NCBI RefSeq assembly: GCF_009914755.1
Contig: NC_060947.1
DNA: 64,000 bases
Source of the DNA: the human T2T-CHM13v2.0 reference genome, Homo sapiens
Reading direction: 5' to 3' (one strand)
Part shown: piece after piece, positions 1 to 11,821 of the stretch
How the letters are laid out: every line of letters starts with the position of its first letter
Numbering within the stretch: position 1 is the stretch's first letter
Made by a program: the position numbers and the translations under genes
The notes under the pieces: generated by a model
The model's database searches: none
What the model was told of the DNA's origin: nothing
What the model saw: only the letters and a program-made list of their open reading frames with translations

Positions 1-804
1 TTGTTAAATTTCTAGAAATTCTGCAAGATGGTTGTTAAACACAGCCATCATTTAAAATTAAATTATAAAAATTTACAATTAAATTCTTTTAAAGGCAAAG
101 GTAATAAATATTCAAAATTTATCACCTTCTAATTATTTTTCGACATTTGAATGTTACCTATGCTCTTGAGGTTATTTACATCGATTGTATCTGTGTGCTA
201 CTGGGCATGTCCTCCCAACTCGACATGGATTGAAATCAGCCATTGTGGGAGTATCCAGGCTACAGAAATTGGTAGATGCTACAAACTACGGCTTGATCTA
301 TGTTTGTCACTCTAGACTTGAAAGCAATGGAGAAAATGTTACTAATGCAGATTCAGCTTAAAAGTGAGTTGTGTCTGTAGCCATTATTGTGAACAGCACC
401 ATAAAATGAGGCAATATTTTTCTGGTATTTGAAAACCATTATCCAATTCAGCAAATAAATCACTGACATTGTTGATGAATGATCCAAGTACCAATATAAA
501 AATAATTGTTGAATTACTTTTTTCTTATTACTTAACATAAATGAAAATATCAAGCAACATTCATGTCAGAACTACACTAGTTCATCAATTGCAACTGTAG
601 GTTGTCTAGGGAGATATGTATTTGGCAAAAATCAAAAGCATCCTGTCAGAATTGGTTATACAGAATTAACGATAAAGAGTATTGTATATTTTATTATCAC
701 TTATGAAATTGTGTGCTATACACCTTTTACATCAATACAATTTATAATAAATATATACCCCCTTTCTAAAGAGAATTAGTTGAACATTTATCAGCACAAC
801 ACTA
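1..804. mobile_element. MER63-like (hAT-Blackjack) DNA transposon fossil, truncated by window start
   Basis: Segments GTTGTTAAACACAGCCAT, TTGAAATCAGCCATTGTGGGAGTAT and terminal TTGAACATTTATCAGCACAACACT resemble the MER63 consensus as I recall it. Confidence 0.55.
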
Positions 805-2340
805 CGTGAAATGATTGTTTAAGTTGTTCTGTTTCCTGTTGTATGCGTATTTTCTTTACATTTTGTTTTGTTTTGTTTCAAAAGTGTCCATGGTGAAAAA
901 CTACAACCTTTTAAAGTCTGTTTTAAAAAATGCTTTTATTAAAGCAATCTAAAGATAAGCTGTAAAAGGTGTGGGCTACTGAAGGGTTGCTAAAGACCAA
1001 TCATATTTAGTCAGGTAATAGCTAGATTTGGATCTGGCAAGAGGAAGTTTTTTTTTTTTTCTTTTCCTTTTTTTTTTTGCTAAGAGATAAGAAAATGACC
1101 ACCTATAGAGTTGATAAGGTTAGTGTACTCTTGGAAAAGCTGCTGCAGCCATGGCAGGAAGGAAAGAATTGGTATACAACTTTCTAATTAAGAGAACACT
1201 AGAAAGGAAATATATTCAGCAGTATAAATAAGGGAATCTTCTGTTTGTACCTGTAAGGGAGTAAAACATGAGCGATAAGCTGATAAGGCTTTTGGCTCCA
1301 AAAGAAAAACCTGGCCCGAAGTGTCAAATACTATATCTCTTAGAGGGATTTATTCCAAATTAAAATTAGTGATAATTTGGAGAAATATTTCCTAAAGTTT
1401 GAAGTAAGTCCTTGATTGGTTCTAACAATGATTAATATAGATAGGGATCAGTGAAGTTGAACAAAATTTGCATGTGTATCTGATATCTCAATGTTTTTCT
1501 GTAGAAACGTTACCTACTTTTCAAAAACAAAATTTTTTTTTGGAAGGCACTGAGGTGGGGGAGAGTGGTGAAGAATAGAATTCCCATATACTTTTCTCTC
1601 CAGGAACAGAGACATTATCTTACAAAACTGCTGACCAGAAAAGGTCAGAGTCATGGTTAGCTAACATGTCTTCATCCTCCCAAGCCAAATCGCATAGAAG
1701 CCACTGGAGAACTAGTTTGGAATTCCGGCTTCACTACTATGTAGTTGTAGGATTTTGGAGGAGCTGTACAGGTTCACTGAGCTTTAGTTTCCTCATTCAC
1801 AATATGACGATACCAATTTCTTCCTCATATTATATCTAAAGACATATCTATGTCTATATGCTTGATCGTACATTATGTGCGGAGATAAACCGGTAACAGT
1901 GATTGCCTCTGAGAAGAGAGACTTACTTTCCATTGCGTAATTCTTAGGCTCATGGTAGAATTTGTGCAAGTGGATGAAGCACTGCCTCACTGGGAAACAC
2001 TCCAGTGAAATAAAGCACAGAAAAGAGCCCGAAGAATAATTACTTGGTTCTGTATGACACATGTGCTTTTAAAGGGTTGTAGTGTAGGATGACATTGGGT
2101 AAGTCCATGGGCCTAGAAGCCTAGGTGGAGTTCTTAGGATTTTGTATGTAGACTATGAAGTTTTGGAAACGTTTGAGCTGGAGAGAAGACATTCTGATCA
2201 AAGGTGGCTTTCAGGAAAGGCTGGTGCGACAGGCAGGGTATTTATTAGAATGAGGCCAGTGACCACTCTGAAACAGACACAAAGTAAGTTCCCTTCAAGG
2301 GGCAGGAAGCTCCCTGGGATGGTGAGACCAGAAAGGCACA

Positions 2341-2450
2341 GAGGCTGAACCCTCGTGATGGCGCTAGGTCCCAGGTTCGCTAGCATCCGAGAGAGGGGAT
2401 TGGGTCGCTCCAGAGGCCATTGCGAAGGCTGCTGCCAGTTCTAGGGTCGG
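2341..2450 (+). repeat. Direct repeat copy 1 (~105 bp) upstream of VBP1 promoter
   Basis: GAGGCTGAACCCTCGTGATGGCGCTAGGTCCCAGGTTCGCTAG is 42/43 identical to 3527-3569; weaker similarity continues ~60 nt. Confidence 0.9.
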
Positions 2451-2777
2451 GGTGGGGTCAGGCTAGGTCCCTATTCCTAGGGCTTTAGCACCGCTCACTC
2501 ACAAGACCCCTTTTCCCAGGAGGACGTATGGGTTTTTCCTGTCGCTCCAGCTTCTCTTTCGCGGCCCTTCCACGCTTGTCACTTACCTGAGCGCAGCCAA
2601 TCAGCACCTAGAGGTTGGGCTACTTTCGGCCAAAGGAGAACGGGGACTTGTGGGGGACGCTCCCTGCGCACCAATGAATGTGCATGGAGATGGAGAGGCG
2701 GGCCTGCAAGTGCGAACAAGCCAATCACGGAATCCCGGCGGCCGGCGGCCCGGGAGGCAGTCGCGCGCTCGCATCCC

Positions 2778-2789
2778 CAAGATGGCGGC
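2778..2789 (+). promoter_or_regulatory. TISU / YY1 element containing the VBP1 start codon
   Basis: CAAGATGGCGGC is an exact match to TISU consensus SAASATGGCGGC and to the YY1 motif. Confidence 0.75.
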
Positions 2790-2874
2790 CGTTAAGGACA
2801 GTTGTGGCAAAGGAGAAATGGCCACAGGGAATGGGCGGCGGCTCCACCTGGGGATTCCTGAGGCCGTGTTTGTG
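2782..2874 (+). CDS. VBP1: VBP1 (prefoldin subunit 3) coding exon 1
   Basis: MAAVKDSCGKGEMATGNGRRLHLGIPEAVFV then donor GTG|GTAAGA; 93 nt, phase 0. Confidence 0.97.
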
Positions 2875-3526
2875 GTAAGAGGCACGCTGTTCCCTGGCAT
2901 CTTGGCTTGAGGCCTTGGACTGCCCCTTTCTTCCCGGCTCCCACCCAGGCCTCGACTGTTGGAAGGAGCTGAGCCAAGTGTTCAGGGAGGGGGCGCTCGG
3001 TCTGCTCTCACCCCTCGCACCTGGACAGATTGAGCTCTGCTGGGGGCCCGCCCGGAAGAAACGTAGCTCGAGAAGGCCGTAGAAGAGAACGGGGTGCGGG
3101 GCCGGGACGAGGGGCGAGGGGCGAGGGGCGGCGGGTGGCAGGGCAGGGCGGCCTGAGGGACCTCCGGGCTGCCGCCGGTTTTCGTCCCCCTGCTGGTTGG
3201 AAAAGGGGAGGTGGTGAGGAGCTCTCGACTCAGCATGGATGCTGGAGACACAGTACAATGAATAGGCAGAACAGCCAGTGCTAAGATGTGAAAACCGGGA
3301 ATATCACTTTGTCTGTTGAAGGAATGCAGTGGTCTCGGGAATGTTGCCTCGGGAAATGGAAGAAGAGACCGATGGGAAAATAGGATGATAGGTTGGGAGT
3401 GTAAAGTCCTTCTGTGTCTTGCTAAGGAATTGAGGTTTTCCAGTAGGCAACGGGCTGTCATCAGAAGGCCTTTCGTTTTAACTACATCATTCTAACAACT
3501 TAGTGGAGAATGAATTGTTGAGAGAG

Positions 3527-3632
3527 GAGGCTGAACCCTCCTGATGGCGCTAGGTCCCAGGTTCGCTAGTGTCCTAGAGGGGATCGGGTTGCTCCACAGG
3601 CCGTTCTGGAGGGCGCTGCCTGTGCTGGGTGG
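3527..3632 (+). repeat. Direct repeat copy 2 in VBP1 intron 1
   Basis: GAGGCTGAACCCTCCTGATGGCGCTAGGTCCCAGGTTCGCTAG matches 2341-2383 and similarity continues. Confidence 0.9.
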
Positions 3633-6108
3633 CTTTTTAAAAATTTTATTTTATTTATTTAATTTAGAAATAGTAGTTGAAAACTATTTGACTAATGAGA
3701 GAAAACATCTGACTGGCCCTCCAGGCCAGGTCATCTGTCTGTCCCCACTTAGCTACTATAAAATCTTCATGGAAGTTTCTCAATCTTTTGGTTTGTACCT
3801 TACCTTACCTCTGCCTTTTTTTTACTAACTACGTCTTATATCCTTCTAAAGACTCATTTATTTATACCACACTTGATATTGTATATTCGCATTTGCTGAT
3901 TGAATTTCGTAATTGGTTATTATTTTGTGTTTTTATGAGCTGTGTCATTTATTTCTCTACATTGATCTATTATCTAACCATAACAAGGAATAAAATTTGT
4001 TGAGTGCCAGGCACTTTCTTAATGATTTTACAAAATTCGAGGTGGTAGCTACTACTGTTATGCCCGTTTTTTAGATGATAAAACTGAGGTACGGGGCACT
4101 TGAGTAACTTGCCCCAGGCCACACAGGATGTAAGTGAGGTATCCAGGGTTTGAACTTGGACAATCCGTGGAGGTCCAGACTGGCAGCTTACCCCTCATGC
4201 TCTGCTACTGGGAGGAGGTGAGGTAGTTCTCATGAATCGCCCTACTTCTCCTGGTCATAGCATAGTGCCTCACACATAGTATAAGCTCAAACTAAGTGTC
4301 TAATTGAATTTCCATAGGGCCTTAAATGTTACATTCATGGTGCTCAGCTAGAGATGGCGTCAGAAATCTAACTCGGGAGGAGACACTTTATCTGAGGGCT
4401 TTATAATGTCTTGAAATGCTTTTTCCCTACAATGTCGTGGTTATTTTTTTCTAGACCTTAAAATTTCTACCAACATAATGTAATAAGCAACCCAAATTTT
4501 ATATAACTGTTTATGTTTCCAAACTATTAATAATTGAAGTGACATGGTATTGTAGAAAGATTATTGGCCTCTAAATAGACCAGGGTCTGAATCCTGGCTC
4601 TGCTTCCCAGTTGCTGCTTAACCTTAAGCATATTATTTTACCACTTTGAGCTTGAGTTTCTTTAACTGAAATAGGGATGACAATACTTAGAGAGTTGTTA
4701 TGGGAAACAGAGAACATGCTTGCAGTATTGCAGTGTAGTAGGTGTCGAATAGGTATTAATATTCATGATGATAGGAAGCAATATACCATAGTGGTTAGAA
4801 GTCAGACCCAGTCCATTCCCCAACCCCGCTGAGGCAGTAATTTGTTTTCTTTCTCTGCTTGAATTGTTGTTTCACCCTTGTCCATTTCATGACCTCTTCA
4901 TCTTTCCACATCTAGTTCAGATATCATCTCCCTGTAGTTTTCTCTGACCTCTACCCCAAAACAAAATCCCTGGCACTTTGTGTCCCTGTGGCACATTATG
5001 CTATACATAGGTGTCACGTACTCTTATAAGCGTTTCACATATGCTAACTCATTTAATCCCTGGTGACGAAAAGGTACTTGTACAGATGATGAGGAAATTG
5101 AGGCAAAGAGAGGTTAAATAACTTCCCTAAGGTCAACTCATCTAATGAGTGGCGAAGCTGGGATTCAAACCAGGCACCTCCTGTCTCTTAACCACAGCCT
5201 ATGCCGCTATAGTTAATTCTTGCTAAACTCCAGCACCTGATAACATGTATCATGTGCCAGAAACTTACACTTCTTTCTCTTCCCTGCAGTGACCCTTCTA
5301 GGAAGATGGCATCTCTCTTTAACATACAGAACTCAGCCATTATCTCTCAGCCTCACCTTTTCAATTTCCTTTACTGTCTAGTTTGATGGCTTCTTAGTTC
5401 ACTCCCTTGCTGTGTTTCTCTTCCTTTTTCTTCCTTGTTTCAGCTAAGATATTCTCTGGTAGCTAGTAAATATGGATAAGAATAATGATGTGAAGATCTT
5501 AGAAGCTATAAGATAATTGAAGTTACTTATAATAAAGAACTAGAGTTCTGTAAAGTACTAGACGACTCTTGTAGCATCTCTTTTAAGTTTCATATATTTT
5601 CATCTTGTTTCTGATCCTTATCTAATTAACTAGCCTTTCTTCAAGGATCAGCATGTGGTATAAAAAATATTTTAACATCAGTTTTACTGCTTTTCTTTTG
5701 ATCAGTTATTACTGTTACAAAAGATTATTCTGTTTGCCTTTTAGGTTTACTTTGTTTCAGTTATTTGATACTGAAGGAAGCATTTGTGGATTGCCTTGGG
5801 AACCCAGTAACCATATTTAGTATGATTTCTATGGTAAAACTTGTTGAATTAAAAATAAGTAATAAAATTGATAATCTTGACATGCAACCTGTAAAATCAT
5901 TTTGTGAATAGGATGCATGAATAGGCAATGTATTTGATTGTTAGTTTCATATTTACTACTAGGGATGCATGGGAAATGCATAAAGTGGTGGGCAAGGTCA
6001 TTCTTCTTTTCCTATTTTTGAATAAAAAATGAAGAGGAAAGTGAAAGAATAAATTAGCTATATAATATATATGTACCATCTGAAATTGTCTCTAACTTTT
6101 TATAACTA

Positions 6109-6348
6109 CAGGTTGAGCATCCTAAATCTGAAAATCTGAAATCCAGAATGCTCTAAAATCCAAAACTTTTTGAACACCAATATAGTGCTCAAAGGAAATG
6201 CTCATTGGAGCATTTTGGACTTTGGATTTTTGGATTGAGGATGCTCAACTGGTATAATGTAAATATTCCAAAATCTAAAAAAAAAAAAAAAATCTAAAAT
6301 CCAAAACAATTCTGGTCCCAAGCATTTTAGATAAGGGTGCTTAACCTG
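6109..6348. mobile_element. Tigger4a/MER46-like MITE (TcMar-Tigger)
   Basis: TA|CAGGTTGAGCATCC ... GGGTGCTTAACCTG|TA terminal inverted repeats with TA target duplication; 240 bp. Confidence 0.8.
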
Positions 6349-6481
6349 TACTTTTAGTTAAAAACAAACCTTTGGAGAAAAACAAAGCTTTTTTTTCTTC
6401 TATGTTTTAAAAACAAAGCAGTCAAAAAATCTGAGTGGCATGAATTCTAAAATTTGTAAAGTATTATTTTTGATATTAAAG

Positions 6482-6606
6482 GAAGATGTAGATTCCTTCA
6501 TGAAACAGCCTGGGAATGAGACTGCAGATACAGTATTAAAGAAGCTGGATGAACAGTACCAGAAGTATAAGTTTATGGAACTCAACCTTGCTCAAAAGAA
6601 AAGAAG
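6482..6606 (+). CDS. VBP1: VBP1 coding exon 2
   Basis: AAG|GAAGAT...; EDVDSFMKQPGNETADTVLKKLDEQYQKYKFMELNLAQKKR(R); donor AAG|GTAAGT; 125 nt. Confidence 0.97.
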
Positions 6607-7206
6607 GTAAGTGTAAAAATTTCTAAGTTTTGAAAATCTTATATGACTTGAACTTTTAAAAAATTGAGATATAATTTACATATAATAAAATATTCAGATG
6701 TCAAGTGTTCAGTCCTCCAAGGTGGCTGTACCATATGAAATTCCCACCAGCAACGTACAAGAGTTCCAGTTGTTCCGTATCCTTGCCAACACTTGGTATT
6801 GCCAGTCTAAATGTGGTTTTGAAAACATAATAGAATGGTTGTTAAAGACTGTATTCCAAAGCTTTCAAAATCATAACGTCTTATATGTCTAGTTCATCCT
6901 TCTAATTTTGCCAGTGAGATTAGAGACCCACAGAGTCTGGGCATAAGACTTAATTAGTTATGAAATCCCAAGATTTCATAACTAATAGGCATAGGAAAAA
7001 AGCTATCCTTACTCTCAACTCTTTATTTCCCTACATTATTTTATATAGCTTATAAAGTCAATTCACTGTAATAAATATTTATAGATCTCTGTTTTGTGCA
7101 TGTGCCAGCATTCTTCTGTAAGATAAATATTTATGGAATGCCAGCTAGATGCCACATACTGTTTTGGGTGAAATAACATCCAGTATCTGCTTTCAACAAG
7201 GACACA

Positions 7207-7867
<661 letters not shown>

Positions 7868-8463
7868 TTAGCACACAAAGTAGAACAGTAGAGGTACAGG
7901 GGGATGGTAACTCATTACTTTGTACCAAAGCACCTCATTAACCTGGAGGGGCCAAGGAGGTTCAGAGGAAGCTTCTAAGAGGAACAGATAGCTGTGTAGA
8001 ATTTCAAAGATTAGTTGTGAGTTTGGAGGCAGACTAAAGTGAGGAAGGGGTAGTCTGGGCCTAAGGCACCATTTATGCAAAGGTACAGAAGTTTGTAGGT
8101 ATATTTTCTCATTTGATTTTGGTGACAGTTGTACAAAGTTGAATATGTACTGAGTATTAGATGAGATGAAAAGTCATTGACATGGAAAGATGGAGAGTGT
8201 TAATGGACAGAAGCAAGATAGAAAACATTAAGAACAGTGTGCTCTCGTTTTGGAAAAAAATGTATGTATGCACAGGAATATCTGGAGAAATCCACACTAA
8301 AGGCATATTAACAGTGGTAATCTCTGGGTAGTTAGAATATGGCATTTTTCTTGTTTTTGCTTAGCTGTTTTCTTAATTTTTTACAATGTACATGTACTGC
8401 TTTTGTGATAGTAAAAGTTTATTTGAAAAAGAAAAATAAAGCCATTGGATTTGAGATCACCTA

Positions 8464-8800
<337 letters not shown>

Positions 8801-9151
8801 ATGGGCCTTGGGACCAAGTCCTGGGAGAGGGGGAAATTTGCGTATCAAACTTAAATTGCTCTTCTAACTAGTAAATTAATGATAGACAAAAACAAAAAAA
8901 AGAAAAAAGTTATATTGCTAACTCTACAACTGTGGTATGTAGCAGGATACTCACTCTAGCTTAACATATGGTCTAGGCCTAAATGTGGGGAGAAGGGGTA
9001 AAAATTCAAAGCACTTAGGAAACATCAGTGAACGTTGGTGTTCTGGATGAGAACAGTGTTTGTCTAGTGTTTTAAAAGAGAATGGTAGAGTTGGAGATAG
9101 TGAGTTAGGAAAATTTTCTTGAGTTTTACCTATTTTAATAGTGGGTTGGTC

Positions 9152-9277
9152 ATTTTTTTGAGACAGGCTTTCTCTCTGTTGCCCAGGCCAGAGTGCGGTG
9201 GTGTGATCACAGCTCACTGCAGCCTTGACCTCCTGGGTTCAAGCAATTCTTCCATCTCAGCCTCCCAAGTAGTTGGA
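9152..9277 (-). mobile_element. Partial Alu (right-arm fragment)
   Basis: TTTTTTGAGACAGG...CTCAGCCTCCCAAGTAG. Confidence 0.8.
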
Positions 9278-9496
9278 GGGCTACTTTTCTCTTTTTATTT
9301 TTCTGGAATTTCTCTCACTCCTATGATGTCAGCTATGCAACAAAACTATTTTTGTGTCATGATCTAGTTGTTTTGCAGCAGATGGCTCTATGTAGTTTAC
9401 ATGCTAGCCTTTTTGTTTTTTTTTTTTTTCAATTTGCTATTATTTTATTTAGGATTTTTGAATTTCTGTTCATAAGTGAGTTCAGCCTATTTCTTT

Positions 9497-10928
9497 CTTT
9501 TTTTTTTTAATTTTTTTAGTATTGATCATTCTTGGGTGTTTCTCGGAGAGGGGGATTTGGCAGGGTCATAGGACAATAGTGGAGGGAAGGTCAGCAGGTA
9601 AACATGTGAACAAAGGTCTCTGGTTTTCCTAGGCAGAGGGCCCTGCCGCCTTCCGCAGTGTTTGTGTCCCTGGGTACTTGAGATTAGGGAGTGGTGATGA
9701 CTCTTAACGAGCATGCTGCCTTCAAGCATGTGTTTAACAAAGCACATCTTGCACCGCCCTTAATCCATTTAACCCTGAGTGGACACAGCACATGTTTCAG
9801 AGAGCATGGGGTTGGGGGTAAGGTTATAGATTAACAGCATCCCAAGGCAGAAGAATTTTTCCTAGTACAGAACAAAATGGAGTCTCCCATGTCCACCTCT
9901 TTCCACACAGACACAGCAACAATCTGATCTCTCCTTCCTTTCCCCACATTTCCCCCTTCTCTATTCGACAAAACCTCCATCGTCATCATGGCCCGTTCTC
10001 AACGAGCTGTTGGGTACACCTCCCAGACGGGGTGGCGGCCGGGCAGAGGGGCTCCTCACTTCCCAGACGGGGCGGCCGGGCAGAGGCACCCCCCCACCTC
10101 CCGGACGGGGCGGCTGGCCGGGCGGGGGCTGCCCCCCACCTGCCGGACGGGGCGGCTGCCAGGCGGAGGGGCTCCTCACTTCTCAGATGGGGCGGCTGCC
10201 GGGCGGAGGGGCTCCTCACCTCTCAGACGGGGTGGCTGGTCAGAGACGCTCCTCACCTCCCAGACGGGGTGGCGGCGGGGCAGAGGTGCTCTTCACATCT
10301 CAGACGGGGTGGCTGGGCAGAGGCGCTCCCCACATCTCAGAGGATGGGCGGCCGGGCAGAGACGCTCCTCACTTCCTAGACGGGATGACGGCCTGGAAGA
10401 GGCGCTCCTCACTTCCCAGAGTGGGCGGCCGGGCAGAGGGGCTCCTCACATCCCAGACGATGGGCGGCCAGGCAGAGACGCTCCTCACTTCCCAGATGGG
10501 GTGGCGGCCGGGCAGAGGCTGCAATCTCGGCACTTTGGGAGGCCAAGGCAGGCGGCTGGGAGGTGGAGGTTGTAGCGAGCCGAGATCACGCCACTGCACT
10601 CCAGCCTGGGCACCATTGAGCACTGAGTGAGCGAGACTCCGTCTGCAATCCCGGCACCTCGGGAGGCCGAGGCTGGCAGATCACTCGCGGTCAGGAGCTG
10701 GAGACCAGCCCGGCCAACACAGCGAAACCCTGTCTCCACCAAAAAAATACGAAAACCAGTCAGGCGTGGTGGCGCGTGCCTGCAATCCCAGGCACTCGGC
10801 AGGCTGAGGCAGGAGAATCAGTCAGGGAGGTTGCAGTGAGTCGAGATGGCGGCAGTACAGTCCAGCCTCGGCTCGGCATCAGAGGGAGACCATGCAAAGA
10901 GGGCGAGGGCGAGGGTGAGGGTGAGGCT
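9497..10928 (-). mobile_element. SVA retrotransposon, near full length, antisense in VBP1 intron 2
   Basis: Poly-T tail, SINE-R (~9520-10010), GC-rich VNTR (~10015-10515), Alu-like domain (~10515-10890), degenerate hexamers GAGGGC/GAGGGT; target duplication AGCCTWTTTCTTT at 9484-9496 and 10929-10941. Confidence 0.96.
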
Positions 10929-11527
10929 AGCCTTTTTCTTTGTATGTGTTGTAAATCTTGCAGCCTGTCATTTAACTTTACCCTTCAAGCTGTGTAAAAG
11001 TTCCTTAGTATTTCATGTGTTAATCTCTTTTTCGACACTTGAATCTGAGATCTTTTATCTTTCTTTAATTGGAAATTTTGTGATTATCACTTTTTCTATC
11101 GTCTGTTAATTTTTTTTCCTCTTTCTTTCTGGGATTCCTGTTTACAGATGTTGACACTTCTAATTCTGCCTTCCATTTATTTATATTATTTCCCTTTTTT
11201 CTGTCTTTGTCATTTATCTTTTGGCAATTAGATGGATAGCCATGAGTTCTTTGTTTCAGCTGTTAAGATTTTTATAGCTGGTAGTTCTGGTTGGTTCCTC
11301 TTCATATTACCAATATCCTTTCTTTTCTCTTTGTGGTATCTTTAAGTATTTAATGTATAGTTTTATCTTTTGGTATTTGTTAATTTTGTTTCATATGGTA
11401 GAGGTTGTTGAATTTATTGTCTTTATTTATTATAATGATCAAATTATAATGTCTTTTCCCTGTCAGCTTAGATTCCCTCAGGGATATCAGCTACTTTGGC
11501 CAGTAATGTACGTGGAGGTGGGGGTAA

Positions 11528-11821
<294 letters not shown>

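Larger units (their letters stand above)
2560..3240. promoter_or_regulatory. CpG island / VBP1 promoter with three CCAAT boxes
   Basis: GC- and CpG-rich stretch over exon 1; CCAAT at 2597, 2671 and 2721; GC boxes; no obvious TATA; limits approximate. Confidence 0.85.

Noticed and set aside
2601-3461. Antisense and alternative-frame ORFs (up to 177 aa) over the VBP1 CpG island
   Set aside because: Pro/Arg/Gly-rich translations expected from GC-rich DNA; no recognisable domain
10015-10515. Regularly spaced ~40-bp repeats that superficially resemble a CRISPR array
   Set aside because: They are tandem SVA VNTR units with no unique spacers, no cas genes and a primate context
9961-10997. Cluster of long ORFs (up to 206 aa) on both strands
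   Set aside because: All lie in the GC-rich SVA VNTR and Alu-like domain, where stop-poor repeats produce spurious ORFs
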